In this document: positions 8,550-18,562 of the stretch, piece after piece | Layout of the letters: every line of letters begins with the position of its first letter | Position numbering within the stretch: the first letter of the stretch is position 1 | Assembly: GCA_963692885.1 (NCBI GenBank) | Contig: OY843586.1 | Span: 4,121,061-4,185,060 of the forward strand | Direction: 5' to 3' | DNA length: 64,000 nucleotides | Source: Acidobacteriaceae bacterium | Lineage (GTDB): Bacteria > Acidobacteriota > Terriglobia > Terriglobales > Acidobacteriaceae | Made by a program: the position numbers and the translations under genes | The notes under the pieces: generated by a model | Database searches by the model: none | Seen by the model: only the letters and a program-made list of their open reading frames with translations | Told to the model about the DNA's origin: nothing

Positions 8550-9449
8550 TTAAGGATGGGCGCCCAGGTGCTGCAGCACTGCAGCCGCCACTGCATCCGG
8601 CGCCTCCCGCTGGACAAAATGGCCGGCACCCTCCACCACCACTCTCTCGTGCGGACCAGAAAAATACCTCTCCTGACCCTCTGTTTCAGTAGCGGCGAGA
8701 CAGGTGTCGACGGCGCCGTGAATGAGCAGTGTTGGCGTTGAAAGCTTTTCGACAGACTTCACCTTGGCCTGCAGTGCATCGTAGCGTGGATCTGTCTGTT
8801 CAGCTTTGGGCTCGCCCAGACGCCAGCGTGAGCGATAGGAATTGAGCGTGACGGCGACCCAGTCCGGATTGGTGAAGCTCTTCGCCGTTTCGGCAAACTC
8901 CTCCTCGGTAAACCAGCCCATCGGGCTCCAGGTCCCCCACTGGATACGCGCAAAACCAACGGGATCCGCGTGCACCTTTTCGACGCCGCCGTCCGTACAC
9001 ATAAACCACTGGTACCAGTAGCGCATCGCCTGTTCAAAGCCGGGGGCTTTCGCCTCGCCGCGGGGCTGCCATGCGACAGACATGGCAGTCATACTGATCA
9101 GTCTTTCCGGGAAAAGCGCTGCCATCGTGTAAGCAATGCGTGCTCCCCAGTCATGACCAACGACGGCGAAGCGCTCCAGGCCCAGAGCGTCGGCAAGGTC
9201 GATGGCATCCTGCGCCAGCACGTGCGGCTGGGCGACACGCAGTGTCTCCTCATCCAGGAACTTTGTATCGCCGAACCCGCGCAGGAATGGCGCGATCGTT
9301 CGGTAGCCAGCGACGTTCAGCTTTGCTGCGACGGCATGCCAGGTGCGCGGCGCGTCCGGCCAGCCGTGCAGCAGCAGGACCGGTTTGCCGTTGGCGGGTC
9401 CGCCTTCTTCATAGGCGATTCTCAGGGTGGTGGTGTTTATGGATGGCAT
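8550..9449 (-). CDS. alpha/beta hydrolase (epoxide hydrolase-like)
   Basis: HGWPD motif (LLLHGWPDAPRTW) and a nucleophile elbow GHDWGA. The internal ATG 9449 is preceded by GGAG at suitable spacing. Confidence 0.85.
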   Translation of the reverse strand: MPSINTTTLRIAYEEGGPANGKPVLLLHGWPDAPRTWHAVAAKLNVAGYRTIAPFLRGFGDTKFLDEETLRVAQPHVLAQDAIDLADALGLERFAVVGHDWGARIAYTMAALFPERLISMTAMSVAWQPRGEAKAPGFEQAMRYWYQWFMCTDGGVEKVHADPVGFARIQWGTWSPMGWFTEEEFAETAKSFTNPDWVAVTLNSYRSRWRLGEPKAEQTDPRYDALQAKVKSVEKLSTPTLLIHGAVDTCLAATETEGQERYFSGPHERVVVEGAGHFVQREAPDAVAAAVLQHLGAHP

Positions 9450-9566
9450 GCTGGCTCCTGGGTGCTCTCTATAACAGAGATGCGCGCTGCGAAGTGTCCG
9501 GGTGATAGCTGTTACTCCCACCCCCGGGTTTGCGGACATGCTGGGTCGTGGCAGCTTGAGAGAACG

Positions 9567-9596
9567 CAGGTCCTTCGACTTTGCTCAGGATGACAA
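9567..9596. repeat. short intergenic repeat (rc sense TTGTCATCCTGAGCAAAGTCGAAGGACCTG), copy 1
   Basis: It shares the CAGGTCCT...GGATGACAA ends with a second degenerate copy at 54380-54415. It matches a motif I recall from intergenic regions of soil-bacterial genomes (spurious translation of the VILSEAKDL type). This is recollection, not a search result. Confidence 0.4.
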
Positions 9597-10002
9597 TGTG
9601 TGGTGGGCACTTCTAACTCCGGCGGCTTATCAGCTTCATCCTTACGGGCAGTGGCCAGACGCACAATGAACCTGAACAATCAGTCTCGGCGAGCGATTGA
9701 CTGAAAAGTCGGAAACTTCCATTCGGCAGTACAACGGTACCGGCAAATCCCGATTGTGCATCCTGAAAGAAGAGCCGCCTCAGAAAGGCCGGCCTGTAGT
9801 ACGATTGCGCCAAAGCTGGAGCCCAACACAGCGACCACGCCGGGACCGCGCCGTTCCGATTGCACGATGAAACGTCTGCTTTTCTAGGGGACGCCCTCCT
9901 TTCGGGCAAAACCCTCTGCCAAACCTGTTATCCGCAATCCATTTCTGCAGCAATTCGCAGTGAGGCCTTACTACGCTTTACCTAACCCGTCTGGGGATAC
10001 TC

Positions 10003-12048
10003 ATGTTCACAAGCGCATCGCGCACGACGTCTTTCAATTGGAAACAGACTGGCCTGGCACTGGCCACTCTCGCACTGACAGCCTCACCCATCGCTGCCCT
10101 GGCGCAGTCAAAGGTCGTGAGCAACGTTTCTTCCGCAGTCCTCAAATCGTCAAGCCGAGGACCGATCGCGCCTGCGGTTGATCTGCGCGTCACTGTCTGG
10201 CTCGCCACGCACAACAAGGCGGAGTTCGACAAGAAGGTGGAGGCACTCTACACACCGGGTTCGCCAACATTCCACAAGTGGCTCACGACTGACGAACTGA
10301 TGGCCTATGCGCCGACTGCAGCCGAGGTCAAGCAGGTAAAGGAAGAACTGACCAGGCAGGGTCTGACGGTCATCGAGGATGGCCGCGACAATTTTTCAAT
10401 CGCCGTCCATGGACCGGCGGAGAAGGTACAGACAGTTTTTCACACGAAGATTGAAGAGTTCGAGCGCGAGGGCAAGACCTTCCACGCCAACACCACCGAG
10501 GCGACATTTGAAGGCGAGTCCGCCAGCCTGGTGCAGAGCGTGGCCGGTCTGAGCAACATTGGGATGAAGCCGCAGATTGCCTATGTGAAAGATCCGAAGA
10601 CGGGCAAAGCACGCGCGCCGCAGCCGATTGCAACAGCCGCTTCGCCAGATTTCGGCTTCCAGCTGTACACCGACGAGTGCTTCGAGACGCCAACCACTTT
10701 TACCTACGGCTCCTCTGGCAAACTGCCCATTGGTGTGTACTTCGGCAATGTATATGACAATACTTCGCAGCTCTGCGGGTATGCGCCAGTACAGATGCAG
10801 CAGGTGTACGGCCTGCCGGCAGTGTACAAGGCCGGCATCTCCGGCCAGGGACAGACGATCGTCATCGTTGACGCCTATGGCTCGCAGACCATCCAGAAGG
10901 ACACCGCAGTCTTCAACAGCAGGTACGAACTGCCGGCGTTCACTTCCTCCAGCTTCAAGGTCATTTACCCGACTGGACAGCCACTCGACCCGGCGTTAGG
11001 GATAGCCGAAGGATGGAATGTCGAGACGGCGCTCGATGTGGAGTGGGCACACGTTATTGCTCCGCGGGCCAACATTGTCCTGCTGGCCGCTGCGGGTCAG
11101 GATGATGAGGACCTGCAGTATGCCGTCGAATACGCCACTACTCACAAGCTGGGCAGCGTCATCTCGAACAGCTACGGCTCACCCGAAATAGAAGACGGCC
11201 AGGCAGCACTGAATGCCTATAACGACGTGATTGAACGAGCGGCGGCGGCAGGAATCTCCGTCAATTACGCGACTGGCGACAGCGGGGATCTGGGCCTTGG
11301 TTCGCCAGTCGGCGCAGCTTCTGTGCCGGCAGATTCTCCCTATGCGACAGCAGTCGGCGGCACCAGCATCGGTATACCCGGTGGCGTGGGCAGTGCGAAG
11401 GAAACTGGCTGGGGGAACAATCAGACCGAGATTGCTGAGAATCCAACAACTCCCCTAGATCCACCGGAAAACTTCGGCAATGTCGACGGTGCGGGCGGCG
11501 GCCGGAGCGTCTACTTCAAGAAGCCGGCTTATCAGCAGGCTCTGCCGGGCAGCTACCGGCTCCTTCCGGATGTGTCGATGGAAGCGGATCCGTACACCGG
11601 CGCATTGGTCGTCTACTCCCTGCCGAGCGGACAGCCAGTACCTGTGGTCGAGGCAATCGGTGGCACTAGCCTTTCGACGCCGATGTTCTCTGCGTTCTGG
11701 GCCCTGGCGAACCAGAAGGCAGGGCACCTGCTGGGACAGGCGGCACCGATCCTGAGCAAGCTGGGCACGAGCGCTCTGAATGACATTGTTCCTGTAAGCT
11801 CGACGACCAATGTGACGGGGACAGTCATTGATTCATCCGGCGCGACCTTCTACTCGGCTGATGCCCTTGCAGCTCCGCTCGAAGGTACGACGGAATTCTT
11901 CAGCGCCGTCTGGCCGATCGAGGGCTATGGCGTCGACCTGACTTTCGGCACGGACACCTCTCTGCACACCACCAGGGGCTGGGACGACGTAACCGGGTAT
12001 GGCACGCCAAAGGGACTGGCGTTCATCACGGCAGCCGCCAAGGAGTAG
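10003..12048 (+). CDS. secreted S53 (sedolisin/kumamolisin-like) serine peptidase with pro-domain
   Basis: N-terminal signal peptide (LALATLALTASPIAALAQS), a pro-kumamolisin-type activation region, and the catalytic-Ser motif GGTSLSTPMFSAFWAL. Confidence 0.88.
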   Translation: MFTSASRTTSFNWKQTGLALATLALTASPIAALAQSKVVSNVSSAVLKSSSRGPIAPAVDLRVTVWLATHNKAEFDKKVEALYTPGSPTFHKWLTTDELMAYAPTAAEVKQVKEELTRQGLTVIEDGRDNFSIAVHGPAEKVQTVFHTKIEEFEREGKTFHANTTEATFEGESASLVQSVAGLSNIGMKPQIAYVKDPKTGKARAPQPIATAASPDFGFQLYTDECFETPTTFTYGSSGKLPIGVYFGNVYDNTSQLCGYAPVQMQQVYGLPAVYKAGISGQGQTIVIVDAYGSQTIQKDTAVFNSRYELPAFTSSSFKVIYPTGQPLDPALGIAEGWNVETALDVEWAHVIAPRANIVLLAAAGQDDEDLQYAVEYATTHKLGSVISNSYGSPEIEDGQAALNAYNDVIERAAAAGISVNYATGDSGDLGLGSPVGAASVPADSPYATAVGGTSIGIPGGVGSAKETGWGNNQTEIAENPTTPLDPPENFGNVDGAGGGRSVYFKKPAYQQALPGSYRLLPDVSMEADPYTGALVVYSLPSGQPVPVVEAIGGTSLSTPMFSAFWALANQKAGHLLGQAAPILSKLGTSALNDIVPVSSTTNVTGTVIDSSGATFYSADALAAPLEGTTEFFSAVWPIEGYGVDLTFGTDTSLHTTRGWDDVTGYGTPKGLAFITAAAKE

Positions 12049-12190
12049 GGCTGTCAAATCGGTGTCCTGGATGACGTTTCGCCCGGGACACCGAGTTGTC
12101 GTTTGGCCGCCGGTTGATTGCATTGCTGCCGACTGGTGGCCTGGCCGCCGACGTGTTGCCTGGATACTGATTGATCCTTCTGAGCAAGAA

Positions 12191-12224
12191 AGGAGCAGCT
12201 TCGGCCGCTCCTTTTTCGTTTTCC
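12191..12224 (+). terminator. rho-independent terminator downstream of the S53 peptidase
   Basis: AGGAGCAGC-TTCG-GCCGCTCCT pairs at 8 of 9 positions and is followed by TTTTCGTTTTCC. Confidence 0.65.
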
Positions 12225-12295
12225 GGCAGCCGATCGGGAAAAAACAGCATCACCGGTGAGCTCGTTGGCGGTAAATTCCACACCCTCATAGACTT

Positions 12296-12356
12296 AAGAG
12301 AATCCAGATATGTGATAATAAATCACTCATATTTTATGCATCTCCTGAGCTATACT
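12296..12356 (+). promoter_or_regulatory. AT-rich putative promoter/operator region upstream of hsp20
   Basis: A marked local AT-rich island contains the inverted repeat GTGAT-AATAA-ATCAC (12312-12326) and a TATACT hexamer. No CIRCE or clear sigma-32 consensus was recognised. Confidence 0.3.
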
Positions 12357-12430
12357 TGCGTCTAAGAAAGTGTGGCAGTCGAGGCAAGGACCTCTCAAGC
12401 CACAAACATCTGTTTATGAGGAGACTGAAC

Positions 12431-12958
12431 ATGGCAATTCAATATTGGGATCCATTTCGCGAAGTAGTGTCGCTGCAGCAGCGTTTGAACTCATTGATGA
12501 ACGAACAGGGTCGCGGTTCGGAAGGTAATTCCGAGGTGATCGCAGCCAGCTTTACCCCCGCCGTTGATGTCTATGAAGACGAGCACAAGGTAGTGCTTAG
12601 CATTGAAGCGCCTGGAGTGAAGCAGGAAGACCTGGACGTGCAGGTTGAGAAGAACACCCTGACCGTGCGCGGTGAGCGCAAGTTCGAGAAGGACCAGAAG
12701 GAACAGAACTTCCACCGGATTGAACGGCGCTATGGCAGCTTCTATCGCAGCTTCTCGCTGCCGAACACAGTCGACACGGAGAACGTCCGCGCTTCGTACG
12801 ACGCTGGTGTCCTGCGGCTTGAACTGGCTAAGAAGGCAGAGGCAAAGCCCCGGCAGATCAAGGTGAATATAACATCGGGGGACGCGAATCCTACCCAGCC
12901 GAAAACAGTTGAGGCGTCGACTGATAAGAAGGAAGTGGGAACGCAGCACGCAGCTTGA
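12431..12958 (+). CDS. Hsp20/alpha-crystallin family small heat-shock protein
   Basis: The internal ATG 12431 is preceded by AGGAG. The alpha-crystallin domain shows PAVDVYEDEHKVVLSIEAPGV...GVLRLELAK. Confidence 0.92.
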   Translation: MAIQYWDPFREVVSLQQRLNSLMNEQGRGSEGNSEVIAASFTPAVDVYEDEHKVVLSIEAPGVKQEDLDVQVEKNTLTVRGERKFEKDQKEQNFHRIERRYGSFYRSFSLPNTVDTENVRASYDAGVLRLELAKKAEAKPRQIKVNITSGDANPTQPKTVEASTDKKEVGTQHAA

Positions 12959-12998
12959 GGGCGTCAACTTTGGCGTTCACTGTGTCGCACGACACAGC

Positions 12999-13052
12999 GG
13001 CGGCGTGAGTTCTCCCCTAACCTTGGGATGAACTCCGCCGCCTCATTATTTT
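12999..13052 (+). terminator. long hairpin plus T-rich tail between hsp20 and clpB (terminator or attenuator)
   Basis: GGCGGCGTGAGTTC (12999-13012) pairs with GAACTCCGCCGCC (13030-13042) with one bulge and extends through TCCC/GGGA. It is followed by TCATTATTTT. A second 8-bp stem, CTGTGTCG/CGACACAG, lies at 12980-12997. Confidence 0.6.
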
Positions 13053-13107
13053 GGAATGCAAACACACGAAGATCAGAATCTAACAAGTAGTACGAGGCGA
13101 TACACGC

Positions 13108-15750
13108 ATGGCAATTCGCTGGGATAAATTTACGACCAAGTCACAGGAAGCAGTGCAGGCAGCCAGTTCGCTGGCGCTTGAGCACGGCAACCCTGAAGTG
13201 TTGCCGCTGCACCTGCTGGCGGCATTGTTGCAGGACAAGGAAGGCATCATTACGCCGCTGCTGGAGCGTGCGGAGGTGCCGGCTGCGCAGGTGCGCATGA
13301 AGGTGACGGATGCGCTGGGCAAACTGCCGAAGATCAGTGGTTCGAATGCGCAGCCGGGAACATCAGCCGCCATCTCGAAGGTGATGGAGCAGGCATTCAA
13401 AGAAGCCGAGAATTTCAAAGATGAATATGTGTCGACCGAGCACCTGCTGCTCGCACTGACGACGCAGAAGAATGACGGCGCGCAACTGCTGCTGGCCTCA
13501 TTCGGCGCAACCCATGACGCGATCTTGAAGGCGCTGCAGGGTGTGCGCGGAACGCAGCGGGTGACGGACCAGAATCCCGAGGCGAAGTACCAGTCGCTTG
13601 AAAAATACGCGAAAGACCTTACCGCGATGGCGCGCAAGGGCAAGCTCGACCCGGTGATCGGGCGCGATGAAGAAATCCGTCGCGTGATCCAGGTGCTTTC
13701 ACGACGGACGAAAAATAACCCGGTACTGATTGGTGAGCCGGGCGTGGGCAAGACCGCGATCGTCGAAGGACTGGCGCGGCGCATTGTTTCAGGCGACGTG
13801 CCGGAGACGATCCGCGAGAAGCGCGTGATCTCGCTCGACCTTGGCGCCATGCTGGCAGGCGCTAAATATCGTGGTGAATTTGAAGACCGTCTGAAGGCTG
13901 TCCTGAAAGAGATTGAAGACGCGCAGGGTCAGATCATCCTGTTCATCGACGAGCTGCACACGCTGGTCGGCGCAGGTGCGGCTGAGGGCGCGATCGACGC
14001 CTCGAATATGCTGAAACCCGCACTGGCGCGCGGCGAACTGCGGGCTATCGGCGCAACCACGCTGAATGAATACCGGAAGTACATTGAGAAAGACACCGCG
14101 CTCGAACGCCGCTTTCAGATTGTGTTTGTCGGTGAACCGAATGTCGAAGATACGGTTGCGATTCTTCGCGGCTTGAAGGAACGCTATGAGTCGCACCACA
14201 AGGTGCGGATCAAGGATTCGGCTATCGTCGCCGCAGCAACGCTGTCGCATCGCTACATCTCTGATCGCTTTCTGCCGGATAAGGCGATTGACCTGGTCGA
14301 CGAAGCAGCTGCGTCTTTGTCGATCCAGATAAGCTCAGTCCCGGAAGAGATTGACCTGCTTGATCGCGAAGCCACTGGCCTCGAGATTGAGAAGGCTGCA
14401 CTGAAACGCGAGACTGATCAGAACAGCAAGGACCGTCGCGAAGTGGTCGAGCGTCAGCTTGCGGCTCTGCAGGAAAAGAGTAGTGGCCTGCGTGCACGCT
14501 GGCAGAAGGAGCGCGACTCCATCACGCAGCTGAGCGAGGTGAAGAAGCAGGTTGAGGCACTTCGCTTCGAAGCAGAAGAGCAGACGCGGCGCGGTAACCT
14601 TGAGCGGTCGGCCGCTATCCAGTATGGAGAACTGCCAAAAGCTGAAGCAGAGATGCGCCGCCTGAATGCTTTGCAGGATGCAGTTGGTTCTGCTGACGGT
14701 TCAGGCAAACGCATGCTGAAAGAAGAGGTCGACGAAGAAGATATCGCGGCCATTGTCAGCAAATGGACCGGTATACCCATGTCGAAGATGCTCGAAGGCG
14801 AAGTGCATAAACTCGTCAACATGGAGGCGCGCCTGAAAGAGCGTGTGATCGGCCAGGATGAAGCACTCGTCACTGTTGCGAATGCGATACGACGTTCGCG
14901 TGCGGGCCTGAGCGATCCAAAGCGACCTATAGGCAGCTTCATCTTTCTTGGCCCGACCGGTGTCGGCAAAACCGAAACCGCACGGGCACTCGCAGAGTTT
15001 CTCTTCGATGACGAACAGGCAATGGTCCGCATCGACATGAGCGAGTACATGGAGAAGCATGCCGTGGCGCGCTTGATCGGCGCGCCTCCGGGCTACGTCG
15101 GCTTCGATGAAGGTGGACAGCTTACAGAAGCAATTCGCCGCCGGCCCTATTCCGTCGTGCTCTTTGACGAAATCGAGAAAGCGCATCCGGACGTCTTCAA
15201 CGTGCTGTTGCAAGTCCTTGATGACGGCCGATTGACCGACTCGAAAGGCCGCACCGTCGACTTTAAAAATACGGTGTTGATTATGACGTCGAACCTCGGC
15301 GCGCAGGCACTGGGCAGCGAAGCTTTGCAGGACGAACATTCTTTCGACGAAGCGAAAGACCGTGTGATGGAAGTACTGAAAGCCCACTTCCGGCCTGAGT
15401 TCCTCAACCGTGTCGATGACATCGTCATCTTCCGGCCACTGGGCGAAGAACAGCTTGCCCACATCATCGATCTGCGTCTTGCCGACCTGAAGAAACTACT
15501 CTTCGATCGCAAGATCACCATCGAACTCACATCCGGCGCACGCCACCAGTTGCTGCTCACCGGCTACGATCGCGCCTACGGTGCCCGCCCCCTCAAGCGT
15601 GCATTGCAGCGCCTGATCCAAGACCCGCTCGCCATCAAGATTCTCGATGGCGAAGTTCTCCACGGCGATCACGTCAAAATCGACGCCGACCCGCTGGCCG
15701 GCAAGCTGCTCTTCGAAGTCGAGCGGAGTGCCGTGGCTACAACGGCGTAG
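13108..15750 (+). CDS. clpB: ATP-dependent chaperone ClpB
   Basis: An 880-aa protein with two AAA+ modules (GEPGVGKT and GPTGVGKT Walker A motifs), a coiled-coil middle domain and a Clp N-domain. Confidence 0.97.
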   Translation: MAIRWDKFTTKSQEAVQAASSLALEHGNPEVLPLHLLAALLQDKEGIITPLLERAEVPAAQVRMKVTDALGKLPKISGSNAQPGTSAAISKVMEQAFKEAENFKDEYVSTEHLLLALTTQKNDGAQLLLASFGATHDAILKALQGVRGTQRVTDQNPEAKYQSLEKYAKDLTAMARKGKLDPVIGRDEEIRRVIQVLSRRTKNNPVLIGEPGVGKTAIVEGLARRIVSGDVPETIREKRVISLDLGAMLAGAKYRGEFEDRLKAVLKEIEDAQGQIILFIDELHTLVGAGAAEGAIDASNMLKPALARGELRAIGATTLNEYRKYIEKDTALERRFQIVFVGEPNVEDTVAILRGLKERYESHHKVRIKDSAIVAAATLSHRYISDRFLPDKAIDLVDEAAASLSIQISSVPEEIDLLDREATGLEIEKAALKRETDQNSKDRREVVERQLAALQEKSSGLRARWQKERDSITQLSEVKKQVEALRFEAEEQTRRGNLERSAAIQYGELPKAEAEMRRLNALQDAVGSADGSGKRMLKEEVDEEDIAAIVSKWTGIPMSKMLEGEVHKLVNMEARLKERVIGQDEALVTVANAIRRSRAGLSDPKRPIGSFIFLGPTGVGKTETARALAEFLFDDEQAMVRIDMSEYMEKHAVARLIGAPPGYVGFDEGGQLTEAIRRRPYSVVLFDEIEKAHPDVFNVLLQVLDDGRLTDSKGRTVDFKNTVLIMTSNLGAQALGSEALQDEHSFDEAKDRVMEVLKAHFRPEFLNRVDDIVIFRPLGEEQLAHIIDLRLADLKKLLFDRKITIELTSGARHQLLLTGYDRAYGARPLKRALQRLIQDPLAIKILDGEVLHGDHVKIDADPLAGKLLFEVERSAVATTA

Positions 15751-15893
15751 GCCTCCGGCGGCCTCTACGCGCGGCGCGGTACCTGCCGCACCGGCTTACT
15801 TGGCGGGAGGCAGCGACCGGTGCCGCACGTGCCTGGCCGCAAGCAATATCCGGCAAGCAGTTGATTCCTACTAGTCCAGCAGCAAGCAAAAAG

Positions 15894-15922
15894 CCCTACC
15901 CAGCATTTAGGGTAGGGTTTTT
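15894..15922. terminator. bidirectional rho-independent terminator between convergent clpB and the alcohol dehydrogenase gene
   Basis: CCCTACCC (15894-15901) pairs with GGGTAGGG (15910-15917), flanked by AAAAAG upstream and TTTTT downstream. Confidence 0.75.
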
Positions 15923-15981
15923 CTGCTTGTAAGTACGCCCGTACGGCAAGTACCGCTGCCCGCGCAGGGCCTCCCGGAGGC

Positions 15982-17025
15982 TTACAGCGTTTTCATGTCG
16001 ATGACGAAGCGATACTTCACGTCGGACTTGAGCATCCGTGCGTAGGCTTCTTCGATTTTCTGGATGGGGATAATTTCGATATCGGAGACGATACCTTTTT
16101 CGGCGCAGTAGTCGAGCATTTCCTGCGTCTCGGGGGTGCCGCCAATCGCGGAGCCAGAGATATTACGGCGCGGAATGATGAGGTTGAAGGGCTGGATCGA
16201 CAGTGGCTTATCGGGGATGCCGACGCTGCAATAGGTGCCATCGAGTCTTAACGCGCTGATGTAGGGATTGACATCGTGCGCAGCGGAGACGGTGTCGATG
16301 ATGAAGTCAAACTGACCAGTCTGTTTCGCCATCGCTTCGGGGTCTTTGCTGATAACCACTTCGTCGGCGCCGAGACGCTTGGCGTCTTCAGTCTTACCGG
16401 CGGAAGTGGTGAAGAGCGTAACGCTGGCGCCAAAGGAGTGAGCAAATTTGAGCGCCATGTGGCCGAGGCCGCCGAGGCCCACGACGCCGACCTTGTGACC
16501 CTTTGTCACGCCCCAGTGGCGCAACGGCGAGTAGGTCGTGATGCCCGCACACAGCAGCGGTGCCACGCCGGCGGGATCGAGCTTTGGCGAAATCTTGTGA
16601 ACGAACTGTTGATCGGTGACGATTTCATTAGAGTAGCCACCCTGTTCGAGGCTGCCATCGACACGGCTCTTGCCGTTGTAGGTGGGCGTCATGCCTTCTT
16701 TGCAGTAGTTCTCGAGACCTGCTTTGCAGTGCTCGCAGACGCGGCAAGAATCGACAATCACGCCGACAGCAGCGGGGTCACCGACCTTAAAACGTGTGAC
16801 ATTGCTGCCAACGGCCTTTACCTTGCCGACGATCTCATGACCCGGCACCATTGGATAAATGGAGCCACCCCATTCATCGCGGGCCTGGTGAAGGTCAGAG
16901 TGACAGACGCCGCAGAATTCAATTTCTATAACGACGTCGTCGGGACGCGGCTGACGGCGTTCGAACGAAAATGGCGCCAGCGGCGTGGTGGCGGACTGCG
17001 CTGCGTAACCTTTTGCTTGCGACAT
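15982..17025 (-). CDS. zinc-dependent NAD(P) alcohol dehydrogenase (cinnamyl-alcohol-DH/YahK-like)
   Basis: The internal ATG 17025 is preceded by AAGGAG. Motifs GVCHSDLH and GHEIVG, a structural-zinc Cys cluster CRVCEHCKAGLENYC, and GLGGLGH are present. The longer track ORF would overlap prmC. Confidence 0.9.
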   Translation of the reverse strand: MSQAKGYAAQSATTPLAPFSFERRQPRPDDVVIEIEFCGVCHSDLHQARDEWGGSIYPMVPGHEIVGKVKAVGSNVTRFKVGDPAAVGVIVDSCRVCEHCKAGLENYCKEGMTPTYNGKSRVDGSLEQGGYSNEIVTDQQFVHKISPKLDPAGVAPLLCAGITTYSPLRHWGVTKGHKVGVVGLGGLGHMALKFAHSFGASVTLFTTSAGKTEDAKRLGADEVVISKDPEAMAKQTGQFDFIIDTVSAAHDVNPYISALRLDGTYCSVGIPDKPLSIQPFNLIIPRRNISGSAIGGTPETQEMLDYCAEKGIVSDIEIIPIQKIEEAYARMLKSDVKYRFVIDMKTL

Positions 17026-17125
17026 GAACTTCTCCTTGATTGGTGTAGCGGGAGTAACCGTGTACTCGATACCGAAGAACAAACCAGTGCGTACTGTCAA
17101 AAAGATGACAGGGGATTCATGAATA

Positions 17126-17992
17126 TTAGATGCTGCGCTTTTGCGCCACTGCGACGCGAGGAATTCCTTGCAGGTCGGCAACAAAGTGTGTGCCCAGCCA
17201 ATCTGATGCAGCGAGAAGAGATTCGATCGAAGAACTCTGGCCATATCCAATTTCAAGCAGCAGATTTCCGCCGGGATACAACGATGCGGCAGCAAGCGGA
17301 ATAAGTCGCTGGTAGATCTCGAGACCGGTGGGACCGGCGAAGAGTGCTGTATGCGGCTCATAGGCCGCCACCTGCGGTTCGAGCACCTCGTTGGTCGAGA
17401 TATACGGAGGGTTCGAGCAGATCATGTCGTACAGGACACCATCTGTTGGCAGCAGGTCGCACTGCGTGAAAGTGATGCGACTGGCGACGCCGTTCTGTTC
17501 GGCGTTTTCCTGAGCGGCCGTCAGTGCATCCGGTGAAATATCAGTGGCGACGATGGAAGCCTGTGGCAATGCATGGCTCAGCGCTACAGCGATCGCTCCC
17601 GAGCCGGTCCCGATGTCCAGGATGCGTAAAGGCTTCGTCGATTGACTTGCGATTGCGAGTGCGGCTTCAACGAGGTGCTCCGTCTCCGGCCTGGGGATGA
17701 GCACCGCGGGCGTGACGCGGAACAAAAGCCCGAAGAATTCCTGTACGCCGGTGATGTACTGGATCGGCTCTGACTGGGCGCGCCTCTCGACGGCAAGGAA
17801 GTAGTGTTCAAGCTGAGCCGGCGTCAGCGGCGTTTCAGGATGCGTCAGCAATTGTGCGCGGCTGATGTTACATGCATGCAGCAGGAGCAATTCCGCATCC
17901 CGGCGCGCCGTCGCCGACTGCGGCGAGATCGCCAGGCGGGAAGCCGCCTGTCCCATGACTTCCTGCAGATGATTTGCCAATCCCATGGACAC
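17126..17992 (-). CDS. prmC: peptide chain release factor N5-glutamine methyltransferase
   Basis: SAM-binding DIGTGSGAI and the NPPY motif (CSNPPYIS). Confidence 0.9.
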   Translation of the reverse strand: MSMGLANHLQEVMGQAASRLAISPQSATARRDAELLLLHACNISRAQLLTHPETPLTPAQLEHYFLAVERRAQSEPIQYITGVQEFFGLLFRVTPAVLIPRPETEHLVEAALAIASQSTKPLRILDIGTGSGAIAVALSHALPQASIVATDISPDALTAAQENAEQNGVASRITFTQCDLLPTDGVLYDMICSNPPYISTNEVLEPQVAAYEPHTALFAGPTGLEIYQRLIPLAAASLYPGGNLLLEIGYGQSSSIESLLAASDWLGTHFVADLQGIPRVAVAQKRSI

Positions 17993-18108
17993 ATTTCAAA
18001 CCGCATTTTGAATCAAGGACACCAGGTATTTGTTGCCGATGTCAAAAAGAGCTTCCAGGTTGCTTGCGGTTCACCGGAAATCCGGCGAGCGAGTTAAACT
18101 GAAGCATA

Positions 18109-18534
18109 ATGTTCAGGCCTTGCTTTCTTGTGATCGATCAGGAATTTCCCGGCGCCATCTCCACGCGCAAGCTGGTGCTGGAGACCGCAAAATACAACGT
18201 ATTGACTGCCTATAGTGCACGCGAAGCGCTTTCGCTCCTCGAGCGGTTCCCTCGTGTGGACGGCATCGTGATGAATGCCACCGGGCACGATACGGACTGC
18301 GCCGAACTGATCCGTCAGTACCGGGCGATCGCGCCCGGGCTCCGCGTGATTTTGACTTCCGGAAAGGATCTGGTTGACTGCGGGCCTGTCGACCTGGCGC
18401 TCGACAATTATGATCCGCGCAAACTGCTCGACTCACTGGCAAAGATGTTTCCGGAAGCAAACACCAGCATCGTCGCCCATGATGATGAGTTACAACAGGA
18501 ATATAAAGGGCGGGCGGAAAACGAGTTGACTTAA
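18109..18534 (+). CDS. degenerate (pseudo-)receiver domain protein
   Basis: It has a CheY-like layout (CFLVIDQEF...VDGIVMNATGHD...RVILTSG), but the expected phospho-acceptor Asp position reads Asn (IVMN) and the acidic pair is incomplete. Confidence 0.55.
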   Translation: MFRPCFLVIDQEFPGAISTRKLVLETAKYNVLTAYSAREALSLLERFPRVDGIVMNATGHDTDCAELIRQYRAIAPGLRVILTSGKDLVDCGPVDLALDNYDPRKLLDSLAKMFPEANTSIVAHDDELQQEYKGRAENELT

Positions 18535-18562
18535 TGCAGTCGACTCACAGGCAGGTATACGC

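Noticed and set aside
9613-9909. A 98-aa minus-strand ORF in the 550-bp region between the hydrolase and sedolisin genes.
   Set aside because: It has no SD and an Arg/Ser/Cys-rich composition that is not protein-like. Alternative frames overlap it equally well, so it is treated as non-coding.
12296-12430. A CIRCE, HAIR or ROSE heat-shock control element upstream of hsp20.
   Set aside because: There is no match to TTAGCACTC-N9-GAGTGCTAA or CTTGAGT-N7-ACTCAAG. I could not build a convincing SD-occluding ROSE-type hairpin in the 5' leader.
13080-13850. A 256-aa minus-strand ORF antisense to clpB; there are similar antisense ORFs at 13789..14250, 14454..15050 and 14701..15462.
   Set aside because: It lies entirely within the strongly supported clpB frame. 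The translation is Ser/Arg/Ala/Cys-rich, typical of the antisense frame of GC-rich genes, and it has no motif or RBS.
15982-17361. The long 459-aa form of the alcohol dehydrogenase ORF; similar N-terminally extended track ORFs are 42232..44016, 41418..42353, 45743..47047, 538..1260 and 51601..53010.
   Set aside because: The extensions overlap neighbouring well-supported genes or lack family similarity. In each case an internal ATG with a good SD gives the canonical family N-terminus.
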